A DNA stretch of 64,000 nt from Candidatus Omnitrophota bacterium (GTDB taxonomy: Bacteria > Omnitrophota > Gorgyraeia > Duberdicusellales > 4484-171). Under the pieces are notes generated by a model. It was not told where the DNA came from. It made no database searches and saw nothing but the letters and a program-made list of their open reading frames with translations. The stretch's first letter is position 1. Each line of letters starts with the position of its first letter. The stretch covers positions 32,001 to 96,000 of the forward strand of contig JAIPGM010000001.1 in NCBI GenBank assembly GCA_021735655.1. The letters run 5' to 3'. This document shows, piece by piece, positions 63,301 through 64,000 of the stretch. A program made the position numbers and the translations under genes.

Positions 63301-64000
63301 AAGTGGGTAAAGACCGTCGTTACATTATAATGGATAGTAATGGAGAATATTCAATAGAGGTTCAGTCAAAAACCGAAAATGATGAAGAATATGTCTTTAG
63401 CGCTAAGGCCTTGGAATATGGTTATATTGATAAAGAGGGTAAATATTGGTTGTACCGCGGAAATTTAAAAACAGTTACAACCGAAGATGGCAATAATAAA
63501 CTGCTATCAATTCAGGTAGATGAGAAACTCAATCCAGTTATTGATCAGACCACCAAAAAACCTTTTACCCAAACCGTAACTGTAGTCGCGGCCAATAGCC
63601 AGGCAGTAGTTATCATATTTGGCGACAATGAGCTTAATGTTTTAGCTCGCAAAAATGGGGAGAGGATCGGTTACGGTCTTAAAGATAAGGAAGATGGGAG
63701 ATTGTATATCTTTACTGGTTATACTCGTAACGATGACGGAAGCTACTCTTTAAATAAATCGAGTGTTAAGTTACAAGATATTGTTACGATAACTGTTGGT
63801 TTTAAGCTTGTTTCTACGGCGATTGATGAAGAAATGAAACCGCTTATTGATCTAGACACCAAGACACCATACACTCAAATTGCTCCGATTATTGCTGCCA
63901 ATGATGATTGGGTAGTAATTTTAGTTAAAGATAATAAGCTTAATGTTTTAAATCGAGATGACGGGAAAACGATCGGTTATGGCCAGAAAAATCCTAAAGA
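21375..64000 (+). CDS. giant multidomain membrane-anchored surface protein, 5' part (>=14,208 codons, still open at window end)
   Basis: The frame-0 stop TAA at 21360-21362 is followed by ATG 21375. The ORF track lists no complete ORF of 60 aa or more in this frame anywhere downstream, which means there is no in-frame stop through 64000. I spot-checked the codon phase by hand at ~21.6, 30.4, 40.9, 41.9, 44.2, 45.9, 47.1, 49.3, 51.4, 54.4, 59.6, 60.0 and 63.95 kb. The N-terminal signal-anchor is 'KVAFLVLFCFLWQDMASAYG'. The embedded motifs are listed in the findings. Confidence 0.85.
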   Translation, partial: MDQATNNQSGLFTQIHNPAFKPWMRKVAFLVLFCFLWQDMASAYGPDLATSIHTTLSPYQTPIYRPLGLSYFIASAPVYAQTAGGNSTSISPKLSGGTAPVTSSPKVSPVAAGSGSGGQGGGASAKPKPPNSDTAKPSTPPKPLKPSQPKPVAVKPGSTDWGAVTRGATDAFRAVAPVTTTALEGVVRTTGRIAPTLIGSEPGQAGKPTGFTEQVRRIGSDLADSISIAVEKVAAKQTSVATTFESALGENWAQARSQGKSGFEANQIGVVKGIEAVKQIEGAVWGGFLEQHVTSQVLAAREALPIADPKILALIETNTNRRVEIAAFEHLNPGQRIQAAKIGGLAGGELKIAASQQKLVLPQHYANPDNVYNQVGQLAAKLNGRVVSAETMHSDIKRLAMGTARLGTHDLATIYTQDGMIKPGRTAAGNPNAFSVGTDGFNRERTLITGNGLADATQANLNPLSGLAAAGLVPAKMVKAAALQRTTETFTRSTSAVGQKFQWQVSGLASTNKLAQIHTTDFKVANFGSNRLTKSVALPTHFDGQKGIYVGGHFGLNQNQIVNFQDLKTYNFNQGHGGFISPDGTKKITFDRGIAGVAGKSSPVIFSQEFNKIGNKWVKSTAHETTFMNPYKSGFTNDFFGKGAEKFAPASIGKFVDFGNWQGVNKMENSFFHGATTRNSGFQEFHPLGNTGIVKIADPLKKNGLQTFRAELGITTKLAPDGSNSPWATNEILRVARITQAGEKFTYLWQKAGGDDGSSTMLLARPGKSLGNLADSSMISGKFSKGEWESQTFSLNPSLNGQLVFAGNMKAKQLQDGTFSWTETALPCSGDSCAANSGAAKPQWQFNPTGQFNVYNNITNPATFQKIINSNQGLGQHLAGVKNIQNSTLPINNFSPTPFSPDFLVPTGVKLGHLPFQSSAFENGTLNTAKQANSGLFMQLPKGFEKVQWIDMKSNSFESWSTTSVLKQANADVRGANAKFAAQDIGYRLPSHSISDNTWFSLYKPEGTSKFVGDANFLRTDKNAVASVQPVFNIFGHDFQSIYNAELVNGGKNLKLTPNTLTADGNSFGHLWMVTTASIDGQKIGKLNTDGFISTKITESIANGKVTLAGNDWVTKNSVFNPDGSNYGPLYQNLKSELIGVPVNGGLLVNANASRIVAGDVGLRIGPSLIGNYQSGDGQPLLQRVIADPSKTQILRSDSFINFSAKGLETVTDYAKFTESSLIHFFNYIQNTFPASKDISANDAFVDQVQAKNLIVNYDAKSGKISYDTFNRGADLAQGNWQRLKNGDSFNSAAGDNVKLAKLDGKLYLEALKPISLTSNHSEVASFLPPFAQKLAQAKLEKIGGVDVVKGANSKPNSGQDMLALPQSDPLSSLVPTLKNSNIANILMSDQGVVFDLYKGAHATFDPLGDGLSPAAGVFNYDVSKEGYSVGLAGKYTAQSLDVKDSDGQLQHLAKTVVSFGDNGKFGWIGNEGKAVLGWTDTTAEIVLPKIAEGGLKTVKNGEWTGAAYVPDGELNRYVSVSIVDGLNWAVIGNTEGESGIKLSYDNKGDLSIKGVDSPFRVDPAKVSFDSVPEIRSREDIMMMTRGVGFTEKEFKAITQAVLTKENWAKVQAGDYAAVAGIKELSKLQNPQFSPEYLKLLGVDTTKYTPEQYAQLAVKLFVDGVRDIPEYGVFKASGQGKVVGFRTIESDGSFKLAYVDGTGAKRDIDFTLTGLQGSGLPVTRDKKTGDYTIDLSQVDVAKLPGAQGFKETVGFTETALQDGSTVKTPKQNTGQLELSKVDINQGQINLTLNNYPYFSKGQAGKSDKVLPLIDGQVEVSTVKDSSGDKMNLFSRFSTEKGLSSVNGNVPQGLFNYKNYLIKSSDGEFVSLGIGPGLREFSDGSKITQAITADGQRVIGYSEGSQMKPVFAELSQKKSYEYNPFMKLAAGEKLNIGGKEVIVGDNITLAEFAKANKVSTLEVINSNKASFEGKVMPTDTMVVYGNQAVFDRTHTIGPRTPFNREITLQYDGKNFVVKRGESISDALIDAKISLSNESIKELIVANSATLSAEVGTWQPTQDTIDNNNIAAGPLFFRSLSNPDTDYKGLAYQKTSWDNEIGLKHSWGGAIVNESGSNDYIPLYMRNVFHNPSASFMRTYISKLRADGVTDIAMANKSLSELGINPSRFGLDAEGADRVIAGLKANPESANEALNQSPEEALVNDLITRARLARVVRFGSEPNNDPLMMLNAKDYDFSSADSADKLREQFSEILDPTGTVNVAKFREKVTEVMEANREKIAQALSSGLDPDFENYNNIVNAELGQVISGRGDLAKFDVTGTDEKTGLLRKVTYASQVDAETLLSTLGMKGTRITVESGLENAPFEKVDLQNYLRNYNKQNGGKPIDENTSVADLRANHPTVFDNYLIHSEAVHQQIIANGLTFTDLDLAGPDKLMNGSSKTFFDGAINIDLDSDKVDKKGNPINYGILMDKGTGMLDKTVTYPDILSDKFQLTKAEQTTLGQFYARPSEHSDYVRFSQFEAKQIIKDFEMAGKHVVTVADIDKGLSNVNTLISTIKFVKGMDRPNKQILIDIFKSPEALRDFVYAQRAANEPSYRKVWYYLNTEYNKIADFLSGTGNELRNWSDADIAILRDGILNSLSSEYRGKEYLAGLEAQLAQLKAKMDGSDNNFFRGVFERTIKNLERDIVIAKEKANNLPIDLSGLKGDELKQALTNVRAFLLEDQTPQNINLTILEQQKDLLTQAKNWSEVYDEATPVSIIFDEKRDMTYAVTARGERPGDGASANWFKQMGGDWVLPQGKADALGQIAQTVSSSFVTGDSNGESKTFSVLLGNIKMPEAKNNASPNSYDSPTPLVNSGALKSAVIPGSLKSSALIGDGQFWSHKSPFDVEIITDPKAPSYTKASEIPTYARASSRNIFGAADFFGGTLYDTSKSTSKASLKLDAQLNTPRQLVFALNNALLIPNLYTRGVGWEDSNNNGKLDSKEKVNPSVLYFSSNDLFTSTKLIHSDKVYLAENSFVFFYDADHDTDPMTNHDTDPHPTLRFSYDSQTGKIKSEYHGIGKNITFHKEAGELNFGNGDQGGLAKNYRLGKYGLHKETIRGKEYDKIDPKTIVGALSYQGIKMASADHTRFLGTEATVWVDGGRFYKANNTDYNKWSEGPEVIGWGATYEYDPMNHKGTGIKSEGLVLKGKFNMEGIAEPGILKSINILGLEKPKISTIIMRVKALENGGVLDATAKVLKGESLNNTERLGINQQATLTSLRDASGREGFYDVTLDGTHFLRHHGVSYDGINLSHTIGVEGNEIWLNPKQAATYDLLSKLTLMRQTETANFTAVYLPYRNPTTQKLEYIHMLPKKGGLVLTAKAYKKAINDATTVSRLKEKMLNWAPAHTRDINGKEVVGWYESAPRWSKKGNLAIAISKDGKWTLVHASEFGPKTVTTSQMSFGGSFTTSHTVRTGFNAVVIDYYKDKNNKLIVRRNKTEVEKSALPKNWQGDFSKKDLKEGLVQATGKYGVDQLAFVENEANGATKASRDALERRAVYRDGVKYYRLPVDEALLKDERGRVGTWGPGNDDVKVLFIDENGKAITKWIDGGSDDSNLEDTIEDFYQGYKGSNERTSGKLELDAVQEMYGEFSPNDENAYAALTGQGYVKRNALGDRDPKGTTKFIPFDVDVNHLKLAPKGDAALARALSDANGNGVRDNALFVDGDGTKYLIPWDAKNPFSFWDTSFEQALEETRTSDVLFVLQINAQDIIDFEKKDPWTGGMKKLAPFAVKKDGEIIAYRLVVKGSQIVPEGSDGITGETANRMKLKIGTDRGWFFGAGQSHFETALETNAENQHWAFDNKLYTEAVGRYTKGYDFSLDDTAIASIDTGSSGESSGRPYQVRWLSVNDATEHFKGGYYGEVSKEKWDGFVADNKKVIEVQDEDGKEVREVTVVPLLFKSDNIFDTRDGGMFDRESDNVELFDLNSNSEVIRTQFADGGTWMDSNVEDAAEDAMQPTGNLDFINESWSGLNANNFAILGNNEAFYVDGKSLEPYFMELWHNDPGNPNVLDLVSTTMAANDYVDAVTWGSAEIAGEVVLTAVLFFATPGLPDEVASGGAALKGASTIWSGFKLGADASKATIRTVKVMRTIRNGLYAYNIAGGIMAGYAEAKNWVVHGESLLGSGEHSNPLALVDAYKDAGRTAFVITVAMGAGGAALSKVAKSTGLSKVADVYKHLPNLAKIPIGMLGRAVGYGSLGAGRAVLYGDNPGSEEFWTQTLAAAAIGQVSPLIKLAGKGIRRAGAPKLNDAGNAIKSSIPVRLAQATARTVGKSLYRNNVPFTGALATGGAGAFNAWVTNESNYSVYTFVQDAFIGSLAAGAASNFGKAVFNWNQKLSKLNPAEYAKAEAAGIKNMVGGVKQWAYQGWPALWAVTDLTTEVLNRGKLGGYDIGKEFMIGDLTANTVRNINNVVALWTLSSSFAQARGAGKHSWSEGFKNLKEGSIKRFTARGDFLPIKGLNSLEWGLTAAFATGYPTFYKNYLGSDASWNSKDSWFGRDFYRTLSIVTIGTKLIVPGLRDTRNLSRSWFMEEQGGKQVLLTPMNLTAKMVAESARLVKDLSIMMPLLPHVQNYLYENSSGWNFTDTLLGEMFDIQKMPSEVSRDVVAAIEALKKDPSKVDTFIKENIKDSATREALRNKIDLINKSSLANKNREIRELVISTYTEDMLTARKISSHGIARQAMELGLDPNAPNTSLWDLQKNIGVEQLRNQLDITTGPEREHILQQIKNFEQATPFEYKLNVMSNYSWQGAITAMYFGPTMHFIRPILNPGLSKMPGLGEFQSLVQDFFGDGAFIGDTMRKVGIDSIPYIGKPVVNAVGRVIEFGVEENLREVVTNLAFRQAFVQIGGFLAPPRRMDYASNADYFRAQSVYQQAMEWIEESFDGKGVSFASVAANLNLNIPTQALQSPGSPTSSAVYGSGTSPLNNGRELATELLTAEADYTGYHDPSTVDIQTGPGSFATLADLSLPSSGTPAGTSDSAKIVLVRGLTRQTGQADFVNPVTGEIGIDASLGKYDASTGRIALTDQGGVAAQHAAAEFRAHRENASRKGVSLEDYNTWLDSNPTVARTIHDGVVSDGAVAPRSNFGLFATPVADIVVEVGDRPIKMKGIKAPATAAINGIWSLSSDKERVTTLDGLIGFVKRAVIRDKAAEVKLNTGSGQIVLTADNLMELEILRERLVNVQGSVNTDELINRARYSQDNARRLAAQQSLIETLNNDQLSTLISGEAVGQLKIDFLQEGLTRAMAGRPSQLRRKIVGDAFDRLGSRYRDLPHGLWSFYHSFRSAMNRTEFYMHKAQFRSDSARIDLVQRISDYQDSQFGQGESSSQTTIALQGVLPYYSRYLRRDANRRFWAQKANSGLDSYGRLSPLRLLQLAAWNRELKLAEFYVDGFKTEFDAEGKIVVKPLDPTKDIAYALVGRNGRDFDTPMRWVEWRAGDKLQDFIFRYDLKADKLLEWAFYKATDNSGLKTLRKALGHSDDPYPPIVMEMSQHWGDLDDDPVIARKNKQIKVAKVFEPDFISVPGVDTRRQWPIGKGLTLTQIDDSLYQLEGTSDSGEAIDEPIDFSVIGSRSLEVTVGSETIKFSRAKNNAAIVVTKAGKESKLTEHNVQLSLKVDVDGKEEEISVTLAEIARNDSLYLIYPSQARGYDITIIHRKMGGHQLTIRPYAIDVSGSDDLSDVGPRSLVEDWKDVLPEAEEATDKPGFKKEADKDGILASLEAIRDDAMAGDPDAREAWGQLIDDGVAAGLWESAKKGPKWDGSGPAISSIGEGDNGSENLSIAGKWSKHQKIKQIEMIVRLSDGQEVSVPVTVFYIEGLRASHVGFYDGRPSIYLTYYSDYSHELGEMQRHLQAMADLDLSATSRTDIEEYYSKLTPEAARAIHDQVIGEAIDGLISQGILPGKDPLAEYEKFVELRHAREDLERATTSEGLAKAHKRLNDLSFEASDMGMKPSRVLAVEAGVDQEPSDSQTNDSPFVPSNRIPMIPGSSSPVGLPNPVQTPLGPKGLSPLSIIRRTSTFITNLRGYLGLSPAIAAEVGAVPSDSRRQIDALTAKIDDESDISFGRSANSPGKTVVHAVIAFVRRWINFTEGKIAVGFTNFGHKFDQFEKRISSLLGKIGRNATSESERGVSGSARSVSRNGSQAGVALDNGKDLEVKANPEDGRRPLRRAESKLIAGVDSIPNSRDAEETQAEEIGLGGNGSGSQNGGQGTLGGSSIEIELPVILDLRRLHESFRPVVVGHNASKAQAPPANSRKQASLIFYTHPITVLALGFIFLGLKIPQLLPISILIALGLLAILPLSRILPNVAGGSLRAAFDLNQWTHPTVEVASPSTFLASGSRNNSSSSSIHTDKVASPTSKLVVGLSGTSLNRGVSSNSSSKTEQGGARWSVTSDRSGFNTWLWQPMERFLHQLETALTALRTTSSAVLEMLSARLTRVLNRLDRMRQDGLRTLSEFLRRFRSIGQRTLALASAERGSVAGQFSKGVRGRPLDNGRAKRLASRALSIITALAVLGSANVVQAAEAGQASDSEVNVGLVLAVVFAVAAVLAGISFRIYAGQRIKDIESKTGIQDSARITRIRAIIEELKQEALRLAQVARENAMIKVLIAPQGDPYRRLSASEIEKLRANQKPDVELRLWDVTVSGTGTVRIIYGFSEDRVDFIVIATDGVVRRQSLPRDYVVDSIVSDNVIVDLYRGNLNTQRIIEHSIYQRLTSIIGSYNAELEAALEEAEANSKQAKELLDSNQRLSARAIRARARQAASLAGAAIDNATTLIEIAISLNVARLRARAKVLEREAQATLRQAENKIQRPLDNGRVKNEPLIGFSPNGFHESKLFTIITLGLLLLAVAATVTYPIYALMYLSIPLGGTIILYALLASAAVFFSINFINLLNRIEYYLLISRAPQAEQSLIKARNYVEFQDAVYAIAREAGISIPHIDSIGQAEVIIDKVTASLEARDLDKERVQGIRTALEMLFLGDGFAFDLFAAAVYMISYRDENSRYPAWVSGYQENVGRVYYSNHRKTRSHLGSFYPWLSILPHEAMHAFLARANLIDGGAIGEEIATKAARMSENVIIREVVSPSTAWESYLRNHWGEVQDGYSHDGQEVEVLNISSMALRGIALIRFIRNLLSLRLFQLRELASLARVILLGTPNTTLGLAFALDNGKKPTRVWKRMPSLQTVYETRGNRIDRFFRAIMLAETFEQEEKAVRLAKKTLNSDDYLKLMKRIMASVEVVADDDQTDSRATPLDNGRSRRVIPRTLSVIVTLVVLGSTKTAFASGAVAAGSATVPFWGVVAMIVMGLAFAYMFGFVVYSMIRSANIGGRDEINELRDRVRELGGSKALREAGTPEELIGNLNSKGQVSENEIEGELDVVEAQIRNIEESNSSSWSQDQLVSLEGYRDELRRELLEAQERLRVLEEEIAGDIRAFERAHELNVPYAADGDLEEAPQPKTVVGRTLRLAGQIAKVAVVATFGIMVIASPATSFAGSTFGQSADGLAMDHNSDMDDQDIDMDHSMGAVLPNTETLTTDEVVFDPSSVIDSLSDQAGVDIADTAHFNRELSGAKDKVVVLDFWATWCGPCRDVAPLLEEIAESDDNIRLLKIDIDDNPEIFNKFKVVDKVTGKELVPQIHVLVHNPKNGNWERREALVGKKSKNQIEASLRPYLAGLAKAETESDKPAKEASEGEASSGHFSVPSGEADSKDLAERRIDEIEKKLVAEKELTEKKNKADQAFSSGDYREAAELYEEVLNSDLAKGALEAIAKTKLAVAKQKIEVGDSDQNIKTTAVGDDKVAPENESLQQVIDQGLKQTSSATINEALVKLRTYKIEEGSLSDESYRALKAEQEKAISLLVQRVKAVTFAELKMQRAIEASNYNKAMNEIGNVYVETSTDGLTRAITDAINIQAQHLESVLTAIHVADRTDKIDFALKVLKESKGKNLLPEELETKLQQKVDRAIGELTARKATVGQETDSIRAPPTDKPATEEAEASTDYSKVGIEQLTELVDAKIKSQLSPEEKKVYEANKNKLDYLKKNHPDLFKKLVVIAEDDIKAWFEANQKPIVQAQQTEIHRAENVLKQFLTRFGIEFNQPRYVMVSEKLLDGRLGAVYILSPDTVILSDKFEVKQKVRPQGRSQGRSLVALEPAGSNIEAANPNENSLAIVVIHENLHLVKNSGLGSDQINEGFIQHTTDILAKQNNFKVSHDLYEPQKAVIYALEAEISKVAGVSLAQAYDMVAKGYLLGDTSFISANIGEGSWEEIVSISNEYRDKMAFDNNPLLWDKYVPRVAKKLGVNDESLKDQPRGLRERAKQSVVELAVVVGKVQESDSVEPEVSDQELPKEEVKKADGDQSVDAQVYSSARGLNLKDKQEGEQLQQAFAKAVVGNNVPEEAFVVTGDTDKNFSVKGKLSNEDVVSYSTKKISERQEQGSLTAGSLIKVREVGGDKSFLWQTHLGDVYEFKADGTVSKLIDARDQTASKIKVNPAEEGLLDTIGRHAYEQMQRGITKGSIFNSQEEQIGFWQRKDNKTIAVIYAAAGERKGFDVSFTEEVRSVEEQKAKKLADDQAAEKAAEVKKAADAEKLAAEKAAEAKKVADAEKLAAEKAAEAKKVADAEKAAEAKKVADAEKAAEAKKVADAEKLAAEKAAEAKKVADAEKAAEAKKVADAEKAAEAKKVADAEKLAAEKAAEAKKVADAEKAAEAKKVADAEKLAAEKAAEAKKVADAEKAAADKKIADEAAAKKLADEAAAKPKTQNDGARGIRAPPAAEPKVEDQPLAKAEEAVSQAMEKLVDAANASNDAANAYSEATSKEAEDKLNKLAGEFAQLVLARDNQDDQVVDNDGQVKAKEAEVSQKQKSIAEQEERLEKALTPPEISEDWEQAAKERFGKYSHNSRGKYNKNRFHSQTRTVPSVAYDQPEEDFRKGIHEVVGEGKEAAAYVDTSVVHRGSEARGAGTVVLIFAVDKNDFNKRVLIYVDASRRRGIDYNDQYFDLEGNQVEPFGTSDSLIIRVGQVSSDKDGEISLDWGEPYTSSRGEINDIFGKYKPEGEFVAGSEAQASERSAKDLQEELEKAEGELEALKKAKEELTGKTAETDEELKTKQAEIERLKENLKQRQAKAAELKSETAKAVDLSIEAQDIVKKVIEAKDAPLEDRIKDLDQAIDLVDQVAEVARSLSTEADNEVKIAEGLVDSAKKIEAYAISLREDAERKLAEVKAAEEEAQRQAEEAKKAQEKAEAELKVKEAKAKQALAEEDKAKEELTEAQGKTEKVTTTQTVRVNINKPRCCLVRFFIDRPRFVRGWVQDGHSRRCGRQTYRQGFYPAEIYVETLVAVDTTDLEKAAADKAEARKTSDVEVETAKGEVEVASTATQEAEANYNQAKAQREQAEKYLERAKELEQAATQWRKQVEKIAQRAQELVDRAQELEQRAKEAKEAIEAYKKALSEEEGSGQPKGPEVGSFYENHPFWFFFLLLTPGYLFGIWAAIRRRKGLSIIPGRGKKVVIALIAVGLSLALADKASAADVSLATMAVESYMTLQNTTGGVTGFGTGYALGEATVALFYWLFGNKDKTEQSQPIQPQADQAPSSRKKGKKKVGPEVTEESDSVVHEDGDSEDGEMGSGIATSKGRKDSSQSALSDIKVKAELSPLGRQVRIIIASKQGTKKALLDEIFDLANLPIFIATEEGSFYIYYNPRTNQLIITAERSISNNPASVGMVPVSSYGQAAELETLWESEDGTEMAALEGEVDDFDDVTINNIRGINSYLTHRNSIVIITSASDPEAYVQDGEDTVNAVIIQSSRRIVHNSVSLMNALGQIEEVNAFLILGTSSDWITTDEDGRTFIHRAVKLVGRDGNRIRMVVLDFDQPLEVHYGVIRLGRPTNTKNIQHTIIPLSRKLGYEWIAKHKIAANLVLVDAHVAVPDSFSFVQDGHEDTPWIKSARKPWTIRGPPGSGIQWYEVAPGTYVMFVQGAGRQARIRAAVENFVATHRAEDGTAKPVVVKIADGSQGVGIAMFGVEEYDNELDFIDDAVQTIQGFLSEGHSVMLQEREIPVNVAVSGQDSNYRVFISRKNGKPVVTKIVVRTGPFSNDPVNISQGAETISFETESYAMLGLTSDEHARKREAIESAALAMFKALDAQADNDALYEETERSQQDFASADIIVVEIEDANGVKQFHPKIIEGNGTNSGGFWHLDEYYNSSYSSKGRQTTERGLAIKEYAETIAARARAYRQRLEGKEGAAYLEHLMTTAVQDGNGLAVSEDIAVDEAEYDAAVVLIGGYVDSQALAILQAATESDPAVAFVWVRWSGELRRRKGVLYVQDGVRYREGKLEAVHYAAPIAVGMVHAAGTVSNKQLRRLGITPRTWNTRVEFYMHHKAATAYILRQAGVSMPKTLAFLPGSNRGPALLRDDPDTVIVSKNDLRRRKAAVRVRIRQRVSELSEFTTGAIVKPANRSRSEGVEAIPYTGTEATIDAITDMIMARLLKGESLILQETQLARSIDGLYGIGKTRHLVRAFGMIDPVTGKPVVFAIRFDPGHMPIGGADSIVVNATRHTLTADKYHGYTLEEVAAMWGMDPESLRSSIEQLFIDAVTAVASTVNPRGVSQAWITTDMIIDETTGKPVLVEMNGRRSAQIFGTEKHRSELARSGKAPARSYTATFTDALAAKAKKHLKVSIEETSTAAVPLDNGSSHRGLSIPVFLAGILTLGLTNIASAAEKGQATNSDNPLFALFLIVAIPLAVAAVVFLFAIDWDYYFGKLTRQSPPSESETSPIGDDRLEVDGASSSVAASPTSSSHRDEPHRPLDNNSGEKRSRFSLRSLFGGTADSSSASSSASRTSRETRAPPVLRIVIAWASAGNIAALKALVERIRQDLIDGLPFDVVIEETVVLTKLDKYNQSHLGATRDSSVGQYILPWPNLKTKANVPTLVITDADLGGTSEDDSGKRSTNNSLMGRTYAWQNIALATTWKFRSSNQGLSDRNNRNNILHELGHLFGINHECGCKTCIMHQADSTEEVARTKQFCKSCNNELTKINGVKSKKTPLDNGKQTRQSSPSDRLEVDGASSSVAASPTSSKPLDNGIFGVMFRQRATRIDADGHGNCSAVTIWAKRVEAWDGYFSEGESFYIAGIEDSSDSLGESTDPRYVRTVERSESSDRSQRIVKVEVAEGEFTIIELEDGSVIAHAHIFPRQGTADTAYWQLIRVLDYFTDSRNGFDQDSLRIAFGWEERLDGFGYDAITFNRRLFRTSDYMGDGRGPVYSSAMTWDQQVAAAGLVGVLPSGTERINELEQLARDKGFEVISSNTRQYTPDPAGSGQGMTATDISVTSSDYWLSHRQAEFRFHLRLSEDKRPLDNGKESDLQIPLDNGPKGQSELAANTLGSLIAGLVAALPVVGLVAGALALVVVLPPAITTTTAVVVIAVIAAAGILSLPFAYISVMFLSQGLRIAIANVVHGGIRGPTALTEPIATPGSNVSRKIPESIMPLALRHSINQVHEQAHRDGKDELGAYSAQAKDFLAKGIKVLIHLGLLIGATKLVWITGFGSLFNVFVPALVVLVAVFYLWKDLNSLRDSQPIKLFYESRVLLTQAESLAIGTFVSARGVQSQRVGFADRSLIDSVSRVVTNPVLVVAFVLLGISVPLTGGASFFSLAVLQGALFGVFAPYLFNVLWNFFWDHAQKDDYLQKIAEGYKARTLSTNNLNELDRLVKLFEDGLAKANNFERVWFRLKSFWIIGSVRLPALTGPAKFLIGRLQLVFWGSVIALGVLPFVDQWLLNIFGVGAEFSLLNLIGYDGVKDGAASLSLSHTIGGLIRTGIIVMLLKIFSRRFSQLRNNIQNNRLANGKDIKLGSLSAGYLIKNFDRVDKDSIKLALERGLINPSGIPAAKALLREMLGTEGINVVNPSVSGKLFHQFFYYLIPDAITFLVVISSPISGLLYFLHRRVLKNLNNDFSVAHPYYSLWLMQGREYWVSFGHMWIISAEIEAVVDSGDYLAGHQVLKHVGGQEIGQIAHLLEGKNGAISWGGHILGLVESSLGISLAQVAHNALGGETDVVAWQQSNQLKIQIDTIESSKDFKRIHSRANAEVLKNADALEQMFSFEAERNELEESVRVHARSLLYQAAASKEAHDNVYDQDGKLKLDLAVEIVAARVTGSILGRVFSMGQFGGSSSLGSEIEVVVDGDADVVGSEPKVVAAPLDNGKPSERPVVDSEKVDSVSPNQAEGSTVEDSSEAKASDTREVKQSRAPPEESKEGLLTRLNRGIFRKVAPVLLSLHIAFSPITEYSLASYLENQNQAVAVQVQEVDSLGTVVDYSRSRDGSALNEARIKAEVESTPSEAVDFERINRGGELDKARGFYQTQGLKAASDSFAEYFRQPGKIRVGDYDRFTGSVYNGKLYLSEDTLDDSSELTLTLVHEIGAFAKRTHAQNKAMEYKFLVAEGKVPEIALEMDPVSREVVKLKPGNTIAIIEKPNGDWVAVGKDGKETVIFGASIQVAEGANPPSAYGENKPELPYRNLHDTDRVKTEDGKNLTSVLDQIGLNFQHFYLMTNPTAEQLKILEGIVTKARARGVETMVTYWAGQHTKNISLEAEIKQALNIPAERDLTEFNLRPVEDWNKLTQVKQNQLKAQLGIAATETVNEIQIQNLLMLESWSQIPAARQKELRAQIGISEAAKLSIDQIDTLLFINLWQSLPVAKQAEFRGRLGFEATEKLTDIMQIESGLFTLYNPTAENKKYIVDQAKMVAEWANQVGVFVKIANEINYYDKNGPVLDLAKINPNQMVNLFPHQLYKFLNEEIAVLFNKDKVFLSLGRLDVPGFEDEPFLKDNLSNFKGLALNLYPNWDPQFGGSRETDQLFSSINYSRGIIGSMQAAASLRVPVIISEWGESSYLAGIAKAIGIGEVGQALFARTFYQGILPFVAGNSDPKYADRTQFPKVIVGAIVYSGAYEQGWQATLDPAEPGLSFTEVVDASDPLTVRVKPFAFELAKINDLLQRMVQGLAVEQVVVPEFTAKPKAKVDRSHEIPEAEITRPLDAAAVVEISRESQAIQYSKDNPKEPTVVLLTKGVARLDPKVIASSLSGIGRVFFGDDPQLIRDFGADNLKEGLFEARVLLDGKVIARLITESGWKISDQSRVVKNGKLVNEKTERDGSFVMLEQVKTAEGFVTNGYYIFDADKSEYLHLENLNIRNIDEWLAIRGNFPQYNLARSVGGTTDVEFVRVEIDSANKNIIIDYTRINSGKQVPLTWSTVISRLTATAESTEAVTATDMKPAEDMLDKLLQLIHDGKFHRISKQRGSRAAHNRELRANWLDWDLRRHTGMNYWEVGLPNPIQGFAIITRAGSRGQVIFLSDTATDANLQAKILGNYDLRFTPSGRVQFNLEGKLVELPSVSDLRWALRNINFSGARIVGESPEKGMDILSAEIPWYGDNLTFLGEKLVSKGEAVTMVMLHDRDRGEVSIKILVGVTPPEGGEAKLDWKEKFNNLVKRDGASSKYLFGEVPLVEINFERVGPNTYRVMAEVDPVYPGLRKIKDVKVETAEDMAKLVEATLTKKAIEGVDTGLRIVTKGKYSLLIRLDKNTGDPIEGAIEKSAKGLKAASRLFGKTESHKTFTFEEKLDPRTGRSSDVARLITDKTDANWFGLYIVEDVTLRQIIAAFTENGTLSGINGVDSGLRALQKEVNVIVVDAQGRRTTQEVTRSLFLRFDLETKKLIEGIVQTEDPNTDRLRPDSLEKRQKGQRITDDDYYWFVRDVREPKPFDFEGAIPLDSGRIIIVNREDPNVPGLWYVVDAEAGDIVSAFRQNGSLRNIRGRETGFRAYQTEVTLRDGDGKAILDDQGQEVKVTHTLLFRFELDDQGRIMKDSLAEGVLQAETTEAKLRQGKDGKDETNDYYWFINMSKSLISFKVTSYDQGKSVLMISLPETEADKDGWRPVRRLEVDNANQIKDLAEALKRAVTNNDYSELGEKTDTRIKIVEVGKDRRYIIMDSNGEYSIEVQSKTENDEEYVFSAKALEYGYIDKEGKYWLYRGNLKTVTTEDGNNKLLSIQVDEKLNPVIDQTTKKPFTQTVTVVAANSQAVVIIFGDNELNVLARKNGERIGYGLKDKEDGRLYIFTGYTRNDDGSYSLNKSSVKLQDIVTITVGFKLVSTAIDEEMKPLIDLDTKTPYTQIAPIIAANDDWVVILVKDNKLNVLNRDDGKTIGYGQKNPK
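47140..47700 (+). repeat. in-frame tandem repeat (36-nt and 51-nt units) encoding 'AAEAKKVADAEK(LAAEK)' inside the giant gene
   Basis: More than 12 consecutive near-identical copies of gctgctgaagccaagaaagtagctgatgctgaaaaa, with or without cttgctgctgaaaaa. The antisense gives the spurious Ala-rich minus-strand ORF 47042..47638 in the track. Confidence 0.85.
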
